From Dictyostelium discoideum (taxonomy: Eukaryota), in contig CM000155.2 of the NCBI GenBank assembly GCA_000004695.1, forward strand, positions 672,001-736,000: 64,000 bases of DNA, written 5' to 3'. Position 1 is the stretch's first letter. Every line of letters starts with the position of its first letter. The notes beneath the pieces are model-generated. The model saw only the letters and a list, made by a program, of their open reading frames with translations, had not been told where the DNA came from and ran no database searches. Position numbers and translations under genes: made by a program. Of the stretch, positions 50,820 to 64,000 are shown one piece after another.

Positions 50820-52245
50820 TTTATTTTTGATTTAAATTTTGTTTTTTTTTTTTTATTATTTCCTATTATTATTGTTATTATATGCTATTAAAAAAAAAAA
50901 AGGTGAAAATGAAAATCAAAAATTGAATATATATACAATTTGTTTAATGATCGGGATTTGATAAGTTTATAAAACAATTGAAAAATAAAAAAAATAAAAA
51001 AAATAAAAAAATAAAAATATAAAAAAAATAAAAAAAAAAATTTCAATTGTTTGTGTGTGGTATCAAACAATTCAATTTGCCAGGAATAAAAATTAAAAAA
51101 ATTAAAAAAAATAAAAAATAAAAATAAAAAAATAAAAAAATTTGATCAAATTTAAATTTATCATTGACGGACCAATTACAAAATCTATTTTTTAAAAAAA
51201 AAAAAGATGTTTATGAAAAAAAAAAAAATAATAAATAAATAATAATAATTAATCAAAAATAAAAAATAAAATAAAATTTAAAAAAAAAAAATAAATTAAA
51301 AAATTAAAATAAAAAGAAAATTTTAAATGAATAGAGAAAATAAAACATACACAGATTGTTGATTTTTTCTATTTAATATAAAATATTTTTTTTTTTTTTT
51401 TTGTAAAAAAATTAAAAAAAAAGAAAAAAAAAAAAAAAACAGATGTGCAACTTTGACAACCTATAAAATTTTATTTTCAAGGGTACCACCCTTTAAAAAA
51501 ATTTTTTTTTTATTTAAATTTACAATTTGAAATGTTTATAAAAAAAATAAAAAAATAAAAAAATAAAAAAATAAAAATAAAATTAAAAAAAGTCAAAAAA
51601 AAAAAAGCTTTTAATTTCTGGTATAAACCAGAAGCAAAAATTTGAGTTCTCTCTTTTTTTTAAAAAAATTATTACAAAAATAAAAAAAAAATAAAAATAA
51701 TTTCATACTCAATATTTTCCCAATACCTCTGGCAAAAAAAAATTAAAAAAATATCTCACTCTGATGTCATCCTAAATTTTTTTTTTTTATTAGGTCGCAA
51801 GGTCGAAAAGTTTTTAATTGAAAAAACTGTAAAATATAAAAAATAAAAAAAAAAATAAAAAAAATAAAAAATAAAAAAAAAATAAAAAAATTAAAAAGTA
51901 AAAATTTGAGAGAAAGCTGACACAACGAATCACATTTTTTTTATTCTTTTCTTCAAAACTTTTCAAGGTAAATGTTTATCTTTGACAAAAAAAAAAAAAA
52001 TAAAAAATAAAAAAAAAAAAACCTCATTAATAAAATTAACCCCACATTATCACCCCACACAAAGATCTATCTATTTTAACATTATTTATTAATTTTATTT
52101 TATTTTATTATTTTTATTATTTTTTTTTTTTTTAAAAAACAATAATTAGCTATAATAATTTATTTCATATTATTTTATTATTTTTTTTTTTTAAAATAAA
52201 TAAATTTAGTTATTTAATTTATTTTAAATAGTTGTTTTAATAAAT

Positions 52246-52269
52246 AATAATAATAATAATAATAATAAT

Positions 52270-52350
<81 letters not shown>
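52246..52350. repeat. (AAT)n microsatellite
   Basis: Seen directly. It gives the spurious poly-Leu ORF 52224..52451 on the minus strand. Confidence 0.9.
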
Positions 52351-52353
<3 letters not shown>

Positions 52354-52491
52354 TTACATACATTCATACACATATAGTTAATTAAATTAAATAAAAGAAT
52401 CATATATGTAAAATAAATTTTTTTTACATATAAAAAAACAAAACAAAACAAAACAAAAAAAAAAAAAAAAAAAAACCAAATATAAAAAGTT

Positions 52492-53216
52492 ATGGTACAA
52501 CCAACAACAACAGCAGCAGCAACAACAACAACAACAGCAACAACAGATTACATAGAGAATGATGATTCAATAATTAGCCAATCACAATCATCATTTGTAT
52601 CATCGGTATCATCGACTCCAACATGGACATTTTCAGTTACTAATCAACAAAATTCAAACAATAATAATAATAATAATTTAAGTAATAATAAAAATAATAA
52701 TATACCAATAATAGCGTCAACTAGAAAGATAGAAATAGTAGATAATTTTGAAAACAAAGATAAAGAAAAAGAAGACAATCAATACGATGATGATAATGAC
52801 AATGATAATGATGACGATAATAAAGAATCAATAGAAATTTCAGAAAAGAATATTAAAGTTGAAAAAATAGCATTATCAAAGAAAATTATAAATGGTTTAA
52901 AATATTGTGGTAAAAGAGTAATAAGATTTAAACCATTAACATGGGTAAAAATTTTTATTTTAATCTGTATGATTACTTTAATATGTGTTGTTGTATTCAA
53001 ATTTAAACTTCAAGATCATTTCAAAGAATATTTAAAAAACCTTCAAGATTACGTCGATAAAGAAAAACATGGTTATCTCATTGGTGGTTTCATATATATG
53101 GGTGCTTTTATGTGTTTAATTATATTTTTAATACCTGTAACCATTCCAACAGTTTTGTAAGTTTAAATTAAAACATACAATATAAAAAGAGAGAGAGAGA
53201 GAGAGAGAGAGAAGAT

Positions 53217-53260
<44 letters not shown>

Positions 53261-54026
53261 TACTAATTATTTATTTAATTTTTAAAATTTAAAAAGAGGT
53301 GGAGCAATATTTGGATTTTGGTATACATTATTATTTGTATGGACAGCATCAATGGTTGGAGGATGTATTTCATTTTTAATTGGTAGATTCTTATTAAGAG
53401 GAAGTATATCAAGAATGGTAGCAAAGAGTAAAAGGATGACAGCAGTTGATCAAGCGGTTGCACAAGAAAGTTTTAAAATAGTTTTATTATTACGTTTTAC
53501 ACCAATAGTTCCAGAGAGTATATTAAATTATGCATTATCAGTTGCAAAGATATCAGTAGCACGTTATTTAATTTGTACAGCGATTGGCTTATTACCTGGT
53601 ACTTCATTTTTCATTTATCTAGGTGCTGTTGTAATTGGTTCAATACCTAAATTTGAAAAGGATGGTTTAGATCTTGGTAAGGGTACAATTGTACTCTATG
53701 CAATTAGTGGTGCTTTAATGCTCATAAATATGATTATAATTAGTGTAGTTGTTAAAAAAGCTGTTCAAAAGAAATTAAAAGAACAAGAAACTATAAATGA
53801 AGAAAAAGATAAAAGAAAAGAAAAAAGAAAACAAGAAAGAAAACAAAAAAGGTCAAATAATAATACTATTAATAATGATGACGAAGATGATGAAGATGAT
53901 GAAGATCAAGATGAAGAAGAATCAATAGGAGATGATAATACACCTTTACTTGGTAAAGATTCATCTGATAATCTTGAAAATCAATCATTCTTTTCAAAGT
54001 TAAAAAGATTTATTTCAAAAATATAA
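52492..54026 (+). CDS. TVP38/TMEM64 (DedA/SNARE-associated Golgi) family membrane protein, two exons, about 464 aa
   Basis: Exon 1 is 52492..53156 (poly-Thr/Asn/Asp N-terminal region, then a TM segment). Donor GTAAGT; acceptor aaaaag. Exon 2 is 53297..54026 (GGAIFGFWYTLLFVWTASMVGGCISFLIGRF...LLLRFTPIVPESILNYALSVAKISVARYLICTAIGLLPGTSFFIYLGA, the DedA core motif), followed by a charged KR/DE tail. Confidence 0.75.
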
Positions 54027-54192
54027 AAAAATAAATACAAAACAAATCAAGAAATAAAATATATATAATATTAACAAGTATTTTGGTAATAATTATAAAA
54101 ATAAGATCTTAAAAATAAATAAATATACTTGTATATATAATTTTTTTTTTTTTTTTACATTAAAAAGCAAATCTATTATTATTTTATTTAAT

Positions 54193-56514
<2,322 letters not shown>

Positions 56515-57397
56515 TATTGAATATATTATTGATGTGCGCTTATCAATAATTTTAATAATACTTTAATATGAAATTGATATTATTATATGTGTGTGTGTGA
56601 AATAAAATAAAAAATTGTATGTGTGTGTGTGTATTGTATTTATTTATGATGCCCGGTAAAAAAAATAAAAAAAATAAAAAAAATTAAATTATTATATATA
56701 AATATAATTTTATTAATGTTAAAATTATTAATTAATTTTTTTATTTACTTAATTTTTTAATATTAATTGTAGATGTAAATAAATTTAAAAATTTAGATTT
56801 TTTAATTAAAAGAAAAAAAAAAAAAAAACCCATTTAATGCCCCGATAGAATTATTAATTTTTTTTTTTTTTTTTATTTATTTATTTTTTAAGATAAAATT
56901 TATTAATATTATTATTGTAATAAATTTTTTAAAATAATAAAAAAAAAAAAAAAGGAAAAAAAAAAAAAAAAAAATAATGAAAGTAAAAAAATAAAAAATA
57001 ATAATTTAAAAAATTAATAATAATAATCGATAATAATTAAATAATTAATTTAATTTTAAATAAAGTTCACTCTGTCAAAAAAATTTTTTTTTTTTTGTAT
57101 TTTGGGTGAGAAAATATTGTGCTAGTGTGTGTTAAAGTTGTAGTAGAGTGTTAAAAAAAAAAAATAAAAAAAATAAAATAAAAATAAAAATAAAATAAAC
57201 TAAAAAATTAATTATTAACAAATTATTTTAATAAAAAAACAATAAAATAAAATAAATGTGAATGTGATTTGTTTTTATATAAATTTTATTTTGATTTATA
57301 GTTAAATATAACACACAATCATTTTTTTGGGGGAAAATAAAAAAAAAAAAATACGATCACATCTTCAAGAGATCTTTTTTTTTTGTCTTTTTCAAAA

Positions 57398-57439
<42 letters not shown>

Positions 57440-57446
<7 letters not shown>

Positions 57447-57831
57447 ACAATCGCTTTTTCCCTCTGTATTGTTTTTTCAAATTTTTTTTTGAATTGGATA
57501 ACGCAATTAAGGAGTGGTTTTGTTTTTTAAAATAAAAAAAACCCCTTTTTAATTAATTTGAACATAAAATTTTTTTGAAAAATAAAATTAAGCACAACAA
57601 AAAACTTTTTTTTTTTCCCCCCAAAACGAGAAAAATTAATGGAATTAATAAAGATAGGATTTAAAAAAAACTTCCATGTATATGCCAACCCTTATTAAAC
57701 AATCGAAAAGTATCGACCATGATTTGGTACAAAGGAAGTAAAAAATAGTAAAAAGCAAGATAAAAATATTCTTTAACTATAAGTAGATTAGCTGCTGCCA
57801 TTGGAATTGATACTTACGCTTCACAACTAAT

Positions 57832-57865
<34 letters not shown>

Positions 57866-57970
57866 GGATTGTTTTTTTATTTTTCCCTCTATATTGTTTT
57901 TTCAAATAATAAAACCCATTTTTAATAATTAATTTAAACATAAAATTTTTTTGAAAAATAAAATTAAGTA
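57440..57970. repeat. Roughly 120-bp segment directly duplicated about 420 bp apart
   Basis: 57450-57560 (...ccctctgtattgttttttcaaa...ttaatttgaacataaaatttttttgaaaaataaaattaag) recurs at 57865-57975. Surrounding sequence has GGGG/CCCC blocks typical of poor read ends. Confidence 0.5.
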
Positions 57971-58230
57971 AGTTCTTCCAAATGGTTTTATTTTTTTTTT
58001 TCCAGTCTTTTCATTTTTAAATATATTACACCAATTTTCTTTTTTGTATAAAATTTTTTTTTTTTTTTTTTTCTTTTCTGTTAATTCTTTTTTTTTTTTG
58101 AATTTGATTTAAATTATATATAAGGGATATTTAAAGTTTTAATCTAAGATTGTTAAATTTTTTTTGGGGGGAATTGTTGGGTTGGTAATCACTTTTCAAA
58201 TAAAAAAAAAAAAAAACCCCAAAAAAAAAA

Positions 58231-58262
<32 letters not shown>

Positions 58263-58634
58263 GGTTTTAAGGTTGGTTTAAATACTCTAAACCTAAACCC
58301 AATTTATTTTAACCCAATATTTATACTGAAAAAAGAAAAATAAATATATAAATAAATAAATAAGTGTAACTATAAAATAATTATTACTATTATCATAAAA
58401 AATAAATTTCAAAGGGGATAATTTTATTTACTTTTTTTTAAACTCGAGTTTAAAAACGAATTATATTTAAAAAAAAAATAATAATAATAAATAGGTTATT
58501 AATTTGTTAATATTACCGTTTGTTTGACTTTGTTATTATTATTGTTATTATTATTATTATTATTATGACATTATTTTTGTTTTTTTTTTTTTTTTTTTTT
58601 TCCTAGTTTTTTTTTTTGTTTTTTTTTGTTTTTT

Positions 58635-58864
58635 TTAAAAGTTTAAGAAATTCATTTTAGTTTTTGCTGAATTTGTTAATGGAACTGGTGGGGGAGCAGC
58701 AGCAGATGAAGCAGAACCACTAGTGGAACTTGCCAATGGACTACTAGCACCATTATCGGGTGTACTTATATTACTATTTGAGGTTGAAAGAGATGATTTA
58801 CTATTATTAAAAGTACCCATTGATAAAGAGAATTTTCTCTTTGGTGTTTCTGGTGTATCACCAC

Positions 58865-58895
<31 letters not shown>

Positions 58896-60189
58896 GTTAT
58901 TATTATTATCAATAGAATTTTTCAAAGAATTTGAATCACTAATTGGGGTAGCAGAAAAAGAGTTTTCAGAAGTTTCAGGTGAACTTGGATTATAAGAAGA
59001 TGATAATGGTGATGTTGAAGGTGATGATTTACTTGAAGCACTACCAGCTGCTGCTGATCCAATTATAACATTACCACTACCACCACTATTACCATTAGCA
59101 CCATTATTATTATTATTCATATTATTGATTTCTTGTTGTTCTTTAAATTCATTTTCTTTTTCTTTTTCTTTTTCTTTTGCTTCTTTACCAGCATTTGGAT
59201 GACGTAATGTAAACATGATACGATTAGTAACACGTGTTGACGATGCAGAACTACCAATATGACTAACTGATGGATTACCCCATTTAATAGTTTGTGGTGG
59301 ATCATAAATATGTTTATCGATTTTTGGTAATGTATTTGGTTGTGTAAATATTTTCTCGGGTATATTTGATTGTTCTAATCTCATTAATGATTCAAATTGT
59401 AAACTATATGAATTATCTAAACTATTATAATTATTATTATAATTATTATATTCTTCATTATTATTATTATTATTAAAACTTGATAAATTTCCACTACTAC
59501 TACTTGGACTTATTATATTACTATTACTATTACTATTATTTAAACTATTATTACTATTATTATTATTATTGTTATTGTTATTGTTATTGTTATTGTTATT
59601 GTTAAAATTACTACTATTTAATACATTTGAAAGGGTTAATGGTACAGTTGTTTGATATATATTACTATTAATACTATTTATATTAATACTATCATTATTA
59701 TTATTATTGTTATTGTTTGAATTTGAATTTGATATAGAATTTGATAAAGAATTTGATTGATTTGGTTCAATTAATCTACCAAATATTGTAATTGGTGGTG
59801 GAGTTGTTGATCCACCCGTTATGAATGATGGTGCAACTGATGGTGTGCTTGTGTGATGATGTGTATTGTAGTGGGGTGGCTGATGAGGTGAAACTTCACT
59901 GATTTTCTGTGACAAGACTTCAACACCATCTTCACCAAATAAAACTCTCTCCAATGCGAAATAAACTTCTGTATACTTTTTATTGATTTGTGTAGTTGTG
60001 AAATCTTTAGAAACTGACCATAAAACTCTCTTTGCTCTTGCTAAATAAATTGATCCTTCAAATGGATTATCATTAGCTTGTGATATAGCCAATATGAATA
60101 ATTCATTCAATATCATATAATAAACTCTATACATATTTAATACAACCACTGATCCTGTTAAATGTGATATGGATCCTTTTGTTCTGTTT

Positions 60190-60235
<46 letters not shown>

Positions 60236-60579
60236 AGTATAAACTATAGTATTAATATGCGGTGTGTGGGTGGGTGTTGGTTGATTCAATTTTGAAATTT
60301 ATAAATCAAAAAAACTTACATAAAATTTTCATCGTATGATGATATTTGATTTTTAAATGCTTTGGCTGCTAAATGTGCTTTGTCTAGTGATAAATATTCA
60401 CGGCTATAAATTTAAAAAAAAAAATATATAAAATATAAAATAAAATGTTAGTGTGTGTGATGTGTGGTTGATTCAATTTTTTATTTTTTTTTATTTTTTT
60501 TTTTTAATTCAACCACTTACACATTTTGGAATAAAATTGTACCATCATGTTGTTGAATAACTAAACCAACGATTGTCAT
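58635..60579 (-). CDS. Hypothetical protein with N-terminal Roadblock/LC7-like domain and long Asn/Ser-rich tail, three exons, about 563 aa
   Basis: Exons are 60579..60521 (MTIVGLVIQQHDGTILFQN, donor GTAAGT), 60403..60320 (REYLSLDKAHLAAKAFKNQISSYDENF, donor GTAAGT) and 60183..58635 (TKGSISHLTGSVVLNMYRVYYMILNELFILAISQANDNPF... then low complexity). The domain call rests on weak resemblance to Roadblock (GVxGxxVVNxEGIPI ... EIMVxPDKEYLLIVIQN). Confidence 0.4.
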
Positions 60580-60711
60580 TTTATTTATTTATTTATTTAT
60601 TTATATTTCTATTATCTCAACAATTCTTTATTACTACTATTATTAAATTATTTTTATTATTATTATTATTATATTAAAATTACAAAAGAATATTTTTTTT
60701 TTTTTTGGTTT

Positions 60712-60754
<43 letters not shown>

Positions 60755-61551
60755 ATTGAAAAAATGATTTTTTTTTTTTTTATAAAAAAAAAAAAAAAAA
60801 AAAAGGTGTGGTTTCTTGTGCTTTTGGAAAAAAAAAAAAAAAAAAATTAAAAAAATAAAAAAATAAAAAAATTATAAAAAACCAAAAGTTGTTTGTGTTT
60901 TAAAAAAAGAGAGATATTAAGTAAGTTGATGTTGAAATGTTTAAAATATTTCTTTCGTTCTTTCTCTCTCTCTCTCTCCAACTCTTTTAAGAGTATACGT
61001 ATCTAAATTTATTTATCTATAGATAAAAAGAAAATTTTTATTTTTTTATTTTTTTTTTTTATTTTTTATTTTTATTTTTTTTTTTTTTTTTTGCGGTTAG
61101 AATTTAGATATTTTTTTTAAAAACAAAAGAAAATTATTTTTTTTTATTTTTTTTTTTTATTTTTTTTTTTTTGTGGATTGGATTTGGAAATTGATTAAGT
61201 AATACAAAATTGAATGGTTTAAGAAAAAGAGAAAATTTAGATTATTTTTATTTTTATTTTTATTTTTTTTTTATTTTTTTTTTATTTTTGGATGGAAACT
61301 TTAAGTTTTTAAAAGATAATCAAAACTTAAAAAAAATAAAAAAAAAAAAAAAAATTATTCTAAGACAAATTTTAAAATTAATTAAATAAAAAAAAAATAA
61401 TAATAATAAATTTATTATAAAAGTATAATTAATAAAAGGTAGATATTGGATTTTTTTTTTTTTTTTTTTTTTTTCTACCCATTTTTTTTTTTTTTTTTTA
61501 TATCCGAAACCACAAAAAAAAAAAAAAAAAAAAAAAATATAAAAATAAATA

Positions 61552-61583
<32 letters not shown>

Positions 61584-61590
61584 TACCACT

Positions 61591-61622
<32 letters not shown>

Positions 61623-61633
61623 TCAAAAAAAAA

Positions 61634-61733
61634 NNNNNNNNNNNNNNNNNNNNNNNNNNNNNNNNNNNNNNNNNNNNNNNNNNNNNNNNNNNNNNNNNNN
61701 NNNNNNNNNNNNNNNNNNNNNNNNNNNNNNNNN
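61634..61733. other. Assembly gap (100 N)
   Basis: A run of n characters. Confidence 1.
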
Positions 61734-62002
61734 CCCAAAAGTATACACACACACACTCTCACACACACAATTGTATATATCAAATTTACATATTTATATA
61801 GATGTAAATATTATAAAAAAAAATATATATATATATTGTATATTTATTGAAATTCAATTATTCCCACAATTGTAATTTTATGACGATGTTGATGATGAAG
61901 TTTGTGTGTTCTTTATTTTGATTTTTAACTAATTTTGGAAAGATATAAAAAAACAAAAAAAAATACAATTTATAATAATTAACCTACCTATTATTTATTA
62001 AA

Positions 62003-62035
<33 letters not shown>

Positions 62036-63010
62036 GTATTCTATATTATTTTTTTTATATTTTTATTTTTTTATAATAAAAAAAAAAATAAAATAAAATA
62101 AAATAAAAAACTAAAAAAAAATAGTTGTTATTGCTATTTTAATTTACAATATTGTTATTTTTGTAATATTTAAATATAAAAAAAAATTAATAATTTGAAA
62201 AAAAAAAAAAAAAATATAGAAATATATAATATAAAATTAGAATTATTTATAATATTAATTTATTAAGATTAAATAATTAATTAAATAAAAAAATTTTTTA
62301 TTTGAAAAAAAAAAAAAAAAAAAAAAAAGCCAAATTAAATTAAATTAAATTAAAAAATATTTATAGAGTGATCGTTTTCAAAGTTTATTCCAGTATTTTC
62401 AATTGTTTGTGTATGTGTTTTGTTTGTGTGGGTGTTATTTAATTTGTTATTGTTGTTGTTGTGGAGTGTGTTGTTTTATTAAATTTGGTTGCAATACATC
62501 ATATGATATGATTTTATAAGATATAGACAAATAATTAACAATTAAATTACTAATTAATGGAAATAATATTTTTTTTTATACATACTTTGAGATTAATTAT
62601 AATTTTTCTTAAATTAAATTATTAAATAAAAAAATATTTGAAATAAAAAAAAATTTAAGATAAATTAAAATTGGAAAAAAAAAAATTCTTAAAATAAAAA
62701 TTTTTTCTTTTAGTATAAATGAACTAGTAAGTTGGTGAGGTAATGTGTGTGTGTGTGTTATAGTGTATTTGTAAAAATAAATAATATTAAAATTCAATTT
62801 ATAATAAAATTTAAAAGAGACTTTCAATTAAAAAGATTGTTTTTAATTTAGAAGTTTTTTTTTTTTTTTAATTTTATTTTCTTTTCTTGAAACCAACAAA
62901 TAAAAATCTATTGTGCTGATATTAAAAAAAATAATTAAAAAAAAAAAAAAAAAAATTTTAAGTGCAAATTAAATTTAATTTTTTATTATATTTTAAAAAA
63001 AAAAAAAAAA

Positions 63011-63110
63011 NNNNNNNNNNNNNNNNNNNNNNNNNNNNNNNNNNNNNNNNNNNNNNNNNNNNNNNNNNNNNNNNNNNNNNNNNNNNNNNNNNNNNNNNNN
63101 NNNNNNNNNN
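63011..63110. other. Assembly gap (100 N)
   Basis: A run of n characters. Confidence 1.
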
Positions 63111-63586
63111 AAAAAAAAAAATTTAAAGGGGTGGCCCGGATAAATTTAAATTTTTTATTTTTTTTACCAATATTTTTAAATGGTTTTTTAAATATTTTTT
63201 AAAATAATAATATTTTTTTAAAATGATAATAATTTTTTTTTTGGGGAAATTGTGTGAATTTGTTTTTTAAATAAATAAAACGGTTTTTCAAATGATCAAA
63301 AAAAATATATTTTTTTCCTTTTAATCCCGGTTAATTTTCCAAAAAAAAAAAAAAAAATTTAAGGTTTTTTTAGTTTTTTAAATTTAAAAAACGGGGTTTT
63401 AATTTGCCAAATATGTTTTTTTTTTTTTTTTTTTAAAGTTTTTAGAAAAAAAAAAAAAAAAAAACCTTTCACCAACGATAAGAAATTTTAAAAATTTTTA
63501 TTCATCATTTAAGATTTAACTAAATTTAAATACTATTTTATAAAGTTTGAAAACATGAGATTGTTTATATTCAAATAAAAGAAAAT

Positions 63587-63627
<41 letters not shown>

Positions 63628-64000
63628 AATAAGAATTCCTTTTGTTTTGAAAATAAAAATAAAAATCAAAATTTATTTTTAGAAAAAGAAAAATAAAAAA
63701 GGTAATAAGAATAAAATTGAGGACTAATGAGGAAATTTTTGAAAGATTGGATTTTTTGCTAAAACAAAAGAATAAAGTATTTTTTATTTTTTTTTATTTT
63801 TATTTTTTGTTTTTTGTTTTTTTTTTTTTTTTTTGGTTGTGAAAATAATAATGAAAGTATTATAATTATACTATATGCAAGGTTATTTTGCAAAATATTT
63901 ATTTAAAATTAATTTATTATTATTTAAATTTAAATAATTAAATAAAATTCAAAAAGGGGTTTGTGTTAAAACGAAAAAAAAAAAAAAAAAAAAAAAAAAA

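Overview
The window is extremely AT-rich, with homopolymer-riddled intergenic DNA, (AAT)n/(ATT)n tracts read as poly-Asn, short GT..AG introns, and two 100-N assembly gaps. It looks like Dictyostelium-type amoebozoan nuclear DNA. I found no rRNA, tRNA or CRISPR; everything here was called by eye from the sequence and the ORF track. Genes I could recognise from conserved motifs: an ABC-transporter NBD fragment, a PPIL3-like cyclophilin, a Rab GTPase, MND1 head-to-head with SMC1, glutathione synthetase, an NmrA-like protein, an extended-SDR protein, Arp5, a TVP38/DedA protein, an F-box/WD40 protein, and a Roadblock-like protein. Unusual content: (i) a 7.6-kb scrambled tandem array of a two-exon family whose second exon opens with a KILFVGEGNFSFS motif (DUF2431/Bmt5-like, recalled, not searched), with one intact copy, two decayed copies, orphan 5' fragments, and four duplicated pieces of the 3' end of the neighbouring large gene; (ii) two separate tandem pairs of UNC93/MFSD11-like MFS genes, one array carrying a partial third copy disrupted by a GC-richer ~650-bp segment with frame-broken ORFs; (iii) a ribonucleotide-reductase R2-like gene with substituted di-iron ligands and an in-frame TAA; (iv) a nested palindrome with three copies of TGTTCATGAACA; (v) a mucin-like type I membrane protein built from perfect Thr-rich repeats. 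Several apparent frameshifts sit in homopolymer or (AAT)n runs and may be assembly errors.
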